A stretch of DNA of 36,482 nt from Candidatus Kapaibacterium sp. (GCA_050248595.1 JBFWSB010000004.1:1-36482), one strand, 5' to 3'. Positions 1 through 8,124 are shown, counted from the first letter of the stretch. A program made the numbers and translations. Notes: a model not told the origin generated them from the sequence alone.

Positions 1-603
1 TCCCCCAGTAAAATCCCCGTCGGAACCACGGGTTGACCAACTATACTCTTCTCGACAAGACACCTGAATCGGGTTCGTGTGAACTTTATAATCGAGAGTG
101 TATGTTCCCGCTTCTAATGGATTAAAGCCGTGATGGTGTAAGACCGCCAACAGTCTGAACCGACCATTGACAATACTAATCAATGCAGCCTCTCCGTGTG
201 CACTGTTCCCTCTACCAACAGCCTCATTGACGAGAATCAATGAATCATAGGTTTCGATAGTTTGCCCATAAACTATTCTCGAGCGCAACATTGTCTCGAC
301 TGTATCGAGTAGTTCCCTCCCATCCCGAAGCAAAAGCCAGCAATCGTAGGATTCGATCGTGTAGAGATGACCGGTCACTAAATCGTGCATGGCATATGTT
401 TCCAAGGGAGAACCAATAAACTTTGGTTCAACATAAGGCTCCCCCTCAGAGCATCCCGACTCCAAGCTAATCACTGGAACTGTTGGAGTTAACTGGTCAG
501 ATCTGAATACTGAATCTGGAATCAATAGAATAATACTCTTCTCTTCTGTGTTCGAGCAGGAGAGAAGAAGAAGGGCAAGGAGAAGAGGTCTCACGAATTT
601 CAT
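1..603 (-). CDS. Putative lipoprotein, hypothetical (3' end runs off the window; absent from the ORF track)
   Basis: Hand translation from ATG at 603 gives MKFVRPLLLALLLLSCSNTEEKSIILLIPD..., i.e. basic N-terminus, hydrophobic core and an LLS-C lipobox. The frame stays open to position 1. Confidence 0.8.
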   Translation of the reverse strand, partial: MKFVRPLLLALLLLSCSNTEEKSIILLIPDSVFRSDQLTPTVPVISLESGCSEGEPYVEPKFIGSPLETYAMHDLVTGHLYTIESYDCWLLLRDGRELLDTVETMLRSRIVYGQTIETYDSLILVNEAVGRGNSAHGEAALISIVNGRFRLLAVLHHHGFNPLEAGTYTLDYKVHTNPIQVSCREEYSWSTRGSDGDFTGG

Positions 604-697
604 ATCGCCTCAAACGAGTGACTTCAAAGTTCTTAAAGCCTTGGAGTTCTTGGTGGTGAACCTTCCTTAAGGATACAATCCCCTTCAATGATACGAG

Positions 698-737
698 AAA
701 AAAAAGCGCGGGGAAGATCGAAATCTCCCCCGCGCTT
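698..737 (-). terminator. Intrinsic terminator downstream of the 852-1322 gene
   Basis: GC-rich stem AAGCGCGGGG...CCCCGCGCTT, with an A8 run at 698-705 that forms the U-tract on the minus strand. Confidence 0.85.
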
Positions 738-851
738 CATTCACCGATACCAACGTGTTCCCTGCCTATTCATCGGGACGGCGTCTGGAGTTATTCACCA
801 TCGTTCATCAGACGTTTGTTCCACCCCCTTGCTCACATACTTCAATAGCTC

Positions 852-1322
852 TTATCCAAAGATGGCGAGCCGTTGCCGAGCAGCTTCAGCGGCAATCGTT
901 CCGACCAACTCAGCAATTCCTGATGGGCCAGCATAAGCGTTCGAGACGTGATGTTCCATCATGACATCTCCTCCATTAGCAATCACAAGTGTTCCGATAG
1001 AGAGCGTTGTGTTCAGGAAGCCGATCTTCTCAACAGCCTTCTCCTGTCCTGCCTTTGAAAGTGATGAGAGGTTCCCGAGGTAGATGTGCATCAGAACCGA
1101 TCCGTTAGTTGCCTCCAGTACCAGACCAGACTGACCAGTTGCACTGCTCCGAAGCGTCAGTGATGAGCCTTTGCTGTTAAAGCCGAATGTGTAGGAATCT
1201 TTCAGGAGATACGATACCTGCTCGAGAACCGAGCCTCCTGCTGTCTGTGCTGAAGCCGTGATTGTCGCGGCTGTGAAGAGAATGGCAATTGCGCCAAGCG
1301 ATGCGATGACATTGCGTTTCAT
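852..1322 (-). CDS. Secreted hypothetical protein, possibly YbjN-like (type III chaperone-like) fold
   Basis: 156-aa ORF with a Sec signal (MKRNVIASLGAIAILFTAATITASA-Q). The helix-LN-strand pattern (EKIGFLNTTLSIGTLVIANGGDVMMEH) is reminiscent of YbjN; the fold call is tentative. Confidence 0.65.
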   Translation of the reverse strand: MKRNVIASLGAIAILFTAATITASAQTAGGSVLEQVSYLLKDSYTFGFNSKGSSLTLRSSATGQSGLVLEATNGSVLMHIYLGNLSSLSKAGQEKAVEKIGFLNTTLSIGTLVIANGGDVMMEHHVSNAYAGPSGIAELVGTIAAEAARQRLAIFG

Positions 1323-1519
1323 TTGTGCCTCCGTTGTGTATTGTCGATTGTGATAACTCGTCTGATTCGTTTTGACAGTCTTTGCCGACTTGTTGAGAAC
1401 TCGGCTTGTGCTGTCACGTTTGTCAAACGTTTTGTACAGAGGAACAAATAATGTCTATACGCGCTGTCGTTGTGTTGAATGGTAGTTGGGTAGAATAACC
1501 GCAAGCTATGTGGGACGTT

Positions 1520-1537
1520 ACACAAACGGCGTGCCGA
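1520..1537 (-). promoter_or_regulatory. Sigma54-like -24/-12 motif (variant -12)
   Basis: Minus strand TCGGCACGCCGTTTGTGT has GG-N10-GT spacing and lies about 200 bp upstream of the 1322 start. A near-identical motif occurs at 24876-24893. Confidence 0.4.
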
Positions 1538-1868
1538 AAGTGAAAACCTTGATAGAGCAACCTATGGGGTCACCTTCTCGTTCTGTTCCATCACGTCATC
1601 CGTGCAAAACGAGCACAGTGTCACGGAACTTTGGTTCACTCAACACGGTACCCTTCACGCGTCACCCAGTGCGTCAGGTTTCACTCCCTTCACTCTCGTT
1701 CTGTACCCAACAGATATTCTTTGTAGACTTCCTCTTCAACCTTACGATTCTTCTTGCGTTTACCCTTCCTCGTTCTTTATATCAAACTGCAATCTCGTTA
1801 GATGTGAAGAGACGAAAGAGCAATTACCCGTATTCCTTATCACTAAACACTCTACTATCACCATGTGT

Positions 1869-2402
1869 ATGAAGAAACTTCAGATCATTTGCCTTTTCCT
1901 TTTTGTTCTCTCCTTCACGGTCACACCATCGGTGAGCGAAGCTCAATCAACCGAGCATTCTAAATCGATCACGCTCTCTCCGTTCCACTTAGTTCTCCCT
2001 GTCCTTGAACTTACTGGTGAATTTCAGATGCAGCCAAAAGTGGGAGTAGCTGGAATCCTCGGCTTTGGAAGTGTTTCTGGGACAGGTGTTTTCGAAGCAG
2101 GGGGTCAATTCAACTACTATCTTATCGGCGACTTCGACCATGGAATGCAGTTGGGATCGGAACTTCTCTACGTCCACGCATCTGATGCCGTCGATAATGT
2201 GAGCGTTGCAGCCAATGGAGTCTCTGTAGCCGGATATATCGGCTATAAGATCGCAGCAACTTTCGGCCTTACGTTCAACGCGCAGTTAGGGGGAAATCTC
2301 CTTCTGGTTAGGGCTACGGCAGAAGACGAGTCGAGCACCGCAACTGCAAGTGGCAGCGATGCAGGTCTCTTATTAAATCTGAACGTCGGGTGGTCATTTT
2401 GA
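1869..2402 (+). CDS. Small outer-membrane beta-barrel protein (DUF3575-like)
   Basis: Probable start is ATG 1869 (MKKLQIICLFLFVLSF..., signal peptide). Alternating amphipathic strands and a C-terminal LNLNVGWSF beta-signal ending in Phe. Confidence 0.8.
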   Translation: MKKLQIICLFLFVLSFTVTPSVSEAQSTEHSKSITLSPFHLVLPVLELTGEFQMQPKVGVAGILGFGSVSGTGVFEAGGQFNYYLIGDFDHGMQLGSELLYVHASDAVDNVSVAANGVSVAGYIGYKIAATFGLTFNAQLGGNLLLVRATAEDESSTATASGSDAGLLLNLNVGWSF

Positions 2403-2596
2403 GCCTTGATACTCCAGAAGAAATTTGCGGAGTGCTCTCCTTCCCATAGACCGACTCACTACAACACATTCCTACGCACCATCGACAGTGTAGAATCAGA
2501 GTCAGGGACTTTTGATATGGATTTTACTGGAGGAGAGTCCAAACGAGAAATAATGTGAGAAAATCTCAAAATTGCTGGAGATATTCTCAGGTTATG

Positions 2597-2604
2597 TATT
2601 TTTG
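2597..2604 (+). promoter_or_regulatory. Bacteroidota-type -7 promoter element for tRNA-Gln
   Basis: TATTTTTG matches TAnnTTTG about 50 bp upstream of the tRNA, with a TTG about 22 bp further upstream. Confidence 0.5.
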
Positions 2605-2628
2605 CAGCCGAGTTGATTCTTCAACGAA

Positions 2629-4269
2629 TCAATCCTCTTCACTTTCAGTGAAGAATTGCCCGATGGTGTAATCGGCAGCACAGCAGATTTTGGTTCTGTT
2701 AGTCGAGGTTCGAGTCCTTGTCGGGCAACCAAACGGGACTAACTCCGGAAACGTGGAGTTAGTCCCGTTTTCTTTTCTTCGATTCTCTTCAGAATTCCGC
2801 GATAATAGGGCAAGAACAGGGTTCAAGTCTGTGGTTTGATATTTTCCTCCGACATAGGTAAAATTCCCCCTACATATCGAACCGATCATCTTTTGCTTCC
2901 CTTCCAGCGTAGCTCCGTTGTAGTACGTTCCGAGGTCTGCAATCAGAGACAAACCGTAGTTTATGTAGCGTTCAAAGCCTTTTTCTACTGACAGAACGTC
3001 AAGCCGTTGCCGTTTGAGTTGGTTTGATAATTGGTCGTATCGGTCTTTGAGTCGGTGGAATGAATCGCTACCGATTGTCCCTTCTATGAACTTTTCCTCT
3101 GCGTTGAACAACTTCTCCTGAACCCCTTCCAGTTCGTTGTCGATCCGGGTAAGTTCTCCCTCTTGACTCTCTCCGTGCCGGTTGAAAATGTCCTTCATTA
3201 CTGCGTGATAGAGTTCGGCAACTTCCGAAGAGATTGAGAGTGAGGAGAGGAACGCCACAAAGTCACGGTTTGCGCTATCGGCTCTGAATCGCTCCGTGCA
3301 TCCTTTCTGACAGTGGTAGTAGTAGTAATATCCTCCGTTCCCCTTTATCCGGCTCCCTGTCAGTTTTCCGCCGCACTTGTTGCACTTCAGAAACCCACGT
3401 AACGGCAACTGTGCATTCCGTCTCTTCGGCTTTCCCCGTCGTTCTCCGTTGCGTCGTGAAAGAATGTCCTGAACTTCATCGAACAGGTCTTCATTCACTA
3501 TCGGTTCATGCAAGCCGGGAACAAGTATCTCCTCTTCGTCTCTCCACTCCGGTATGGGAACGTATCCCTTATAGACTGGATTCCGGAGGAGCCGGGCAAA
3601 CACGCTCTTTGAACAGTCGAACCCTTTAGCTATCAGCTTCCGCCGTATCTCTTCAACGGTATATATTCCCCGTGCAGCCAAGTTGAACGCTTCCCTCACA
3701 AACCGGGCGTTGTCGTCCGGTTGCATTAACGGCTTTCCCCCTGCATCCCTTCCGGGACTGTATCCTTTCGGAGGTCTGTTCACGTATCGACCTTCCCGCA
3801 TTGCCCTACGCATCCCCTCAATAGTGTTTAGAGACCGTCGTTCGTTTTCGACTTCGGGAGCAGTGAGATAGAAATTGAACATGAACCTGTTTTCCGGAAT
3901 GCTCAAGTCTACTGGTTGTTCTACGGCTTGTACCTGAACACCCAAGTCAGCGAGAACACGCAACATCCGATAGGACTCTTCGACGTTGCGTGAAAACCTG
4001 TCCCACTTCACCACAAGCAACAGGTCAACCTCACGTTTGTTCTTCTGAATAAACTCAAGCAAGCGGTTGAACTCCGGACGATGGAAGGACTTTGCTGAAG
4101 CGTCGTCCTGATAGTGATCGACAATTGCTATTTCCTTGTACTCACAGTATTGTCGTAAGCGTTCCTCTTGTGCCCGGAGAGAGTACCCCTTTTCCGCCTG
4201 TTCGTCAGTGGATACACGGGTGTAGATGATTGCTCTCTTCTCCTTGAGACTTTCGCGTGAACTCTTCAT
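2629..4269 (-). CDS. Large serine recombinase (integrase), integrated-state form
   Basis: Catalytic motif YTRVST (Ser20) and DRFSRN; recombinase domain LLRNPVYKG...HEPIV; zinc ribbon LRGFLKCNKCG...YYHCQKGC; then a coiled coil. The last 30 codons run antisense through the tRNA. Confidence 0.96.
   Translation of the reverse strand: MKSSRESLKEKRAIIYTRVSTDEQAEKGYSLRAQEERLRQYCEYKEIAIVDHYQDDASAKSFHRPEFNRLLEFIQKNKREVDLLLVVKWDRFSRNVEESYRMLRVLADLGVQVQAVEQPVDLSIPENRFMFNFYLTAPEVENERRSLNTIEGMRRAMREGRYVNRPPKGYSPGRDAGGKPLMQPDDNARFVREAFNLAARGIYTVEEIRRKLIAKGFDCSKSVFARLLRNPVYKGYVPIPEWRDEEEILVPGLHEPIVNEDLFDEVQDILSRRNGERRGKPKRRNAQLPLRGFLKCNKCGGKLTGSRIKGNGGYYYYYHCQKGCTERFRADSANRDFVAFLSSLSISSEVAELYHAVMKDIFNRHGESQEGELTRIDNELEGVQEKLFNAEEKFIEGTIGSDSFHRLKDRYDQLSNQLKRQRLDVLSVEKGFERYINYGLSLIADLGTYYNGATLEGKQKMIGSICRGNFTYVGGKYQTTDLNPVLALLSRNSEENRRKENGTNSTFPELVPFGCPTRTRTSTNRTKICCAADYTIGQFFTESEED
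2657..2731 (+). tRNA. tRNA-Gln (anticodon TTG), CCA encoded
   Basis: Acceptor stem TGCCCGA/TCGGGCA, D arm TGGTGTAATCGGCAGCAC, anticodon arm GCAGA-TT-TTG-GT-TCTGT, T loop GGTTCGAGTCC, 3' end ACCA. Confidence 0.97.
2721..2843 (+). repeat. Left junction; copy 1 of a 123-bp imperfect direct repeat
   Basis: Gapless hand alignment to 8274-8396 gives 106/123 identities. Confidence 0.93.
2731..2779 (+). terminator. Intrinsic terminator for tRNA-Gln, embedded in integrase coding sequence
   Basis: Perfect 16-bp stem AAACGGGACTAACTCC (2731-2746) / GGAGTTAGTCCCGTTT (2755-2770), 8-nt loop, followed by TCTTTTCTT. Confidence 0.85.
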
Positions 4270-4381
4270 AGTCGATTTGTCCTAACTGGTAGAGTAGTTC
4301 TCGAATCTGTTTTACTTCATCATCAGTGAACGTTCTTCCGTTCTTGTTTAGAATGGATTTGCATTGTTCCAATGTCAACAT
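4205..4381 (-). CDS. 58-aa small protein overlapping the integrase start (below the ORF-track cutoff)
   Basis: Hand translation MLTLEQCKSILNKNGRTFTDDEVKQIRELLYQLGQIDYEEFTRKSQGEESNHLHPCIH*. ATG 4381, TGA 4205-4207, amphipathic helical pattern, 65-nt overlap with the integrase. Confidence 0.7.
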   Translation of the reverse strand: MLTLEQCKSILNKNGRTFTDDEVKQIRELLYQLGQIDYEEFTRKSQGEESNHLHPCIH

Positions 4382-4684
4382 TTGTCAACACAGCAGTTGA
4401 ACCTGTCTCCGGGTTTTCCGGTCAACTGGTTGGTCTGTGTTTGGTTGCCTCCGGGCTAACCGGTCAGCTATCGTTTACGCAATGTTCTGTCCCCTATTTC
4501 TCGCCTTGTTGGGAATAGTTTTGTACGGTTTCAATGTCAACATTTGTCAACATTGAATGAACGTTTCTCCGGGTGCTTCATCACCTGTATTTCCGCGATT
4601 TCAGAGCCTAACCCCTGTTTTTGCCATTGTGCTGAATGGATTTGAGGTTCAACATTCCTCAATAGCAAATGAACCGGTTTTCGG
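4351..4684. repeat. Three degenerate tandem copies of the small-ORF 5' region
   Basis: Exact 21-mer CAATGTCAACATTTGTCAACA at 4370-4390 and 4532-4552, each followed by GAACnTnTCTCCGGG. A looser third copy lies at about 4634-4684. Confidence 0.8.
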
Positions 4685-4703
4685 CTGCTCTGTTCGTCTA
4701 CAC

Positions 4704-5648
4704 TTACGCCAATTTCTTTAGCGTCGTCCGTGTCATCCTCACAACTTTTCCGTCTCGCTTCTTGATCTCGATGTTCTGGAAATCTTCCTGTTTCAGAACG
4801 TCGGCTATCCGTTGTCCTGTTATCACTTCCTCTGATTCTATCGTTTCAATCATGCCCCCCTTACTACGAATTGTCAGGGAGTCATAGTTCCCTGTCCGCA
4901 ACATCAAGAGGAACTCCTGTTCTTCTTCTGTGAGGTCATAGCCTGTTCCGAAATCAGGTGTGAAGTTTGAGTTCTGGAATACTCCGCGTAGAATCAGGGA
5001 GAAATCAATCAGGACGTAATGGAAGAGAGCAAGTGAACGATTCTTGTTTGCTTCGTGATATGTTCCTGACTTTTCATCTTGCACCATCACCGAGCCTTTC
5101 GACTTCTTCTCTTTTTGCTCCTGTTCAAATTCTTCCGGTGTTATGGTTCTCGCATAGGGCGGATTCTGTCCGAGAATTGATTGCAGGTATTCTTTGAAGA
5201 AGAGAAGTTCAGCGTCACCATACTGGAACACTCGCATGTAAACGGGATCATTGCGAGTCATCGCACAGACAAGGTAGTATTCAAACAGAGAGAGTTCCAT
5301 TCCTTCCGGTACTACCCGCACAGAGTCTTTCACCCTCTTGAGTTTTTCAATCGGAACTCCGAAGTATCGGAGGTCTGTGAGAATGCGAATCCATACAAGG
5401 TCAGCCATACTGAACTTACGCCACCCCTTCCCCTCTTCCCGGTCGTCCTCAAGCAATTCAAGTTCTGTCCAGTGGTTCAAGGCACGATATGTCAAGTCTG
5501 TTTCCTTGACGGTATAGAGCTTCTCATTTACTCTCTCTACTGACTTCCTTGCGTACTCTGAATCCATGAAGCTGAAGAACTCGACAAGAACAGGATCGTC
5601 AACCCATGAGCCGTTTTCTCTCTTTACCAGTGCTTTTTGTGTCGTCAT
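4704..5648 (-). CDS. MerR-like HTH transcriptional regulator with an uncharacterised C-terminal domain
   Basis: LTYRALNHWTELELL...GWRKFSMADLVWIRILTDLRYFGVPIEKLK follows the MerR winged-HTH pattern. Confidence 0.8.
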   Translation of the reverse strand: MTTQKALVKRENGSWVDDPVLVEFFSFMDSEYARKSVERVNEKLYTVKETDLTYRALNHWTELELLEDDREEGKGWRKFSMADLVWIRILTDLRYFGVPIEKLKRVKDSVRVVPEGMELSLFEYYLVCAMTRNDPVYMRVFQYGDAELLFFKEYLQSILGQNPPYARTITPEEFEQEQKEKKSKGSVMVQDEKSGTYHEANKNRSLALFHYVLIDFSLILRGVFQNSNFTPDFGTGYDLTEEEQEFLLMLRTGNYDSLTIRSKGGMIETIESEEVITGQRIADVLKQEDFQNIEIKKRDGKVVRMTRTTLKKLA

Positions 5649-5650
5649 AG

Positions 5651-5718
5651 AACCTTACCTATACGTATGATTTGCAGCGAAGATAGCTCCACTGCAAATC
5701 ATACGCAAGTGTAAGGTT
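5651..5718. promoter_or_regulatory. 68-bp symmetric inverted repeat directly upstream of the MerR-like gene (operator or 5' hairpin)
   Basis: AACCTTAC-N5-CGTATGATTTGCAG-N14-CTGCAAATCATACG-N5-GTAAGGTT; the 14-bp and 8-bp arms are perfect. Confidence 0.7.
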
Positions 5719-5784
5719 TGTCCTTTTTGAGAAGGAACCTGATTTCAGGAGAAAACCGGTTGCTTCAATCCCGGATGGATTGAC

Positions 5785-6024
5785 CTACAATGAACCCGGT
5801 TTCAGGTTTTTTAAGGTTGTCTGGAGAACCCGAATGTCTTCGAGAACGTCACTGATAACCCATACAAGGCAGGCAGCTTCCTTCCCTCCGGCATGTTGAA
5901 GGCCAAAGGAAGCATATTCCAGAACGTGCAAACGTCCCTGATTCCGTTCGAGCAAGTGAAAGATGTCGTCAGGTCTGAACCCTTGAGCAGGTTCGGTGCG
6001 GTTGGTTGTGTGATGTTTGGACAT
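5785..6024 (-). CDS. Small hypothetical protein (79 aa)
   Basis: ATG-started ORF with helical character, co-oriented with the MerR-like gene and integrase, directly after a structured leader. Confidence 0.6.
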   Translation of the reverse strand: MSKHHTTNRTEPAQGFRPDDIFHLLERNQGRLHVLEYASFGLQHAGGKEAACLVWVISDVLEDIRVLQTTLKNLKPGSL

Positions 6025-6172
6025 AGTGGTTTGAACGTAGAAAATGCCGAGCCTTGTTCACGCCCACTAAGGAAGCGTCCCGCACCTCACGGTAACGGGA
6101 GACTCGGCAAGTTATAGCCGAAGCAAAACAAAACCGCGTTATCGGAGCGGTTTGCCGCTTAGTGGTTTGAAC
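6024..6172 (-). ncRNA. Structured leader / C4- or CI-like antisense RNA candidate
   Basis: Outer stem TGCCGAG/CTCGGCA (6045-6109), an inner hairpin closed by a GUGA (GNRA) loop, and a segment complementary to a 13-nt sequence repeated at 6024-6036 and 6160-6172. Confidence 0.55.
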
Positions 6173-6361
6173 AATCGTAAAATACAATCATAAGGATTCT
6201 ACACAAAGCCTTCTAACCGTTGGTTTTCCTTTATGGAGATGAGCACCCATAATCAGATTGCCCCGTATATGATTATCGCCTTAACTTCAGACTGCTTCAG
6301 TAGCTGGCCACTATAGGTTTCTTGTGGCTGAGGAAATTTTGACTCTCCAGATTTTGATTTG

Positions 6362-7081
6362 ATGCTACACTACAAAGTTTGGCAATGGTTAGGACAGCAT
6401 GGGACAACGGCAATGGCACCGGAAAAGGTTGGACTTTTCGGGATTGCAAAACCCTCTAATTCAAGACATCCTTTTGCTGTTGTCAACGAACTCATTTGTG
6501 AACGTATTGGCCGTTTTATTGGACTGCCCATACCTCCGGGATGCATTGTGACAAAGGGACAAATTCCTTATTTCGTTTCCTTGAATTTCAACTTGTCTGG
6601 TGAAGACTTACCTCCAATAATTCCATCTAAAGTCATTGCAGAGCAAAGCTATTTGTCATGGGGAGTGATAGTTTTTGACGCGTGGATGGTCAACTGTGAT
6701 CGCCATAACAATAACATCTCGTACGACACGTACACGCAACAACTTCATGTATTCGACCATAGCCATGCGCTCTTGTGTGGATCAAACCCGTTTGAAACAA
6801 TGGAAGTTCGGGAACAAAAGATTTTCAATATCCATTGCTTAGCAAAGCACGTTCTCAATCAGAATGGTCTTTCTGATTGGATTAACCGGGTTCAAATGGT
6901 TCCGGACTATGTAATAAAGGATACGGTAAACGACGCAGGAACCTATTGCACTTCAGCCAGTACGATAAGTCAATGCGTAGACTACCTTTTGAAGCGTCGA
7001 GACAATATTGAATCTATTATTGAGACTCACAAAAGCACTTTTCCCAATTTGATTCCCTCATTAACCAACGAATTGGAATAG
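6362..7081 (+). CDS. HipA-like (HipA_2-type) Ser/Thr kinase
   Basis: AK...VVNELICERIGRFIGLPIP, catalytic loop FDAWMVNCDRHNNN and Mg-binding VFDHSHAL. Start is TTG 6359 or ATG 6362. Confidence 0.85.
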   Translation: MLHYKVWQWLGQHGTTAMAPEKVGLFGIAKPSNSRHPFAVVNELICERIGRFIGLPIPPGCIVTKGQIPYFVSLNFNLSGEDLPPIIPSKVIAEQSYLSWGVIVFDAWMVNCDRHNNNISYDTYTQQLHVFDHSHALLCGSNPFETMEVREQKIFNIHCLAKHVLNQNGLSDWINRVQMVPDYVIKDTVNDAGTYCTSASTISQCVDYLLKRRDNIESIIETHKSTFPNLIPSLTNELE

Positions 7082-7085
7082 CATT

Positions 7086-7925
7086 ATGAAAGATCGCAAG
7101 GTTCAATTTCTTATAGCTCAATACCATAAAGACCCGTTCCGCAAGGAGCCTCAGAACATAGGAGTCATCGTACGTGATGAATCTTCCGGTGCATGCATGA
7201 TGCGTATGATCGGACAGGATTTTTCTGGTCATATAGATAAGCGGCATCTCAAACAGTTCAATCATCCCAACGTATATGTACAATGGATTGAGTATTGGAA
7301 TGACTGTCTCAGGGAGGAAAAGGAGGCTTTTGACATCCTTTTGAACCACTACTCCCCTCACTATCAGTGTATTGAAGGAGGAGAAGTAACGGAGGTCAAC
7401 GAGGATTGTTTAGCAGACATTGTCTCGAACCTTTTCAATCTACTTGTTACGGACTCCAGTGATCATGAGTCAAAAGCTCCTCTAAAAAGACGTGTGTTCA
7501 ATGAATTCAAACGGTGCCATTTGATAGCTCCCAAGAAGGAAGAGAACAAGATTTTTGATGTCCAACATCCGATATTGGTCAATGAGTGGATAAAAGGAGA
7601 ACATATAGATCACCAAGCATCTTTTGTTCAAAAGAATGGGCATTATGTGGTCATTGAAGCAGTTGATTTTAATAAGAGGCATAAGAATGTTGCACGCGAT
7701 AATGCAGGCAGGATTGCTTATATGTTTAAAGATATTCAGGCAAGGATGAAGGATAGTGAGACAATTGTCCTTCTAAGCCACAACAAAAAAGAAGAACTTG
7801 ATTCAAATCTTCGTTACGGCTTGGAGATGCTGAACGAGGAGGCACAATTCATTGTAGATTGGAGCAATAGAGATGAAAGAGAAACTTTTCTTCAAAAGCG
7901 AAAAGAATTAGCTCAAAGCAACTAA
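7086..7925 (+). CDS. DUF3037-like domain protein, partner of the HipA-like kinase
   Basis: N-terminal IAQYHKDPFRKEPQNIGVIV matches the DUF3037 Y-x-x-D-x3-E-x2-N-I-G-V pattern; starts 4 nt after the kinase stop. Confidence 0.8.
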   Translation: MKDRKVQFLIAQYHKDPFRKEPQNIGVIVRDESSGACMMRMIGQDFSGHIDKRHLKQFNHPNVYVQWIEYWNDCLREEKEAFDILLNHYSPHYQCIEGGEVTEVNEDCLADIVSNLFNLLVTDSSDHESKAPLKRRVFNEFKRCHLIAPKKEENKIFDVQHPILVNEWIKGEHIDHQASFVQKNGHYVVIEAVDFNKRHKNVARDNAGRIAYMFKDIQARMKDSETIVLLSHNKKEELDSNLRYGLEMLNEEAQFIVDWSNRDERETFLQKRKELAQSN

Positions 7926-8124
7926 ATGCTTGCAACAAATGAACAATGTCCAATGCCAGATGGTCTTTAACTGGTTCGTAAACTTGTTTTGCACTCGCTA
8001 TATCAACCTAACTGGAATTAGTCGTGTTCAGTAGAAATTGATCGGTCTCTCTTTTCAGTCGCATTCTTCATTGTCTTCACTCTCTACAGGCAACACTTTT
8101 CCCTTCTCTCTTGCAATTGCAGTA

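Noticed and set aside
1416-1430. Palindrome ACGTTTG-T-CAAACGT upstream of the 1322 gene
   Set aside because: Single short instance with no second copy or cognate regulator; possibly an operator but unsupported.
1602-1868. N-terminal extension of the beta-barrel ORF
   Set aside because: The signal peptide begins at ATG 1869; the upstream part has no protein-like features.
4370-4552. 21-bp direct repeats as a mini-CRISPR or IS ends
   Set aside because: Only two exact copies 162 bp apart, and no transposase or cas genes.
5969-6187. 72-aa ORF across the structured leader (Ash-like)
   Set aside because: It has a TTG start, overlaps the 79-aa ORF, and the sequence is better explained by RNA structure.
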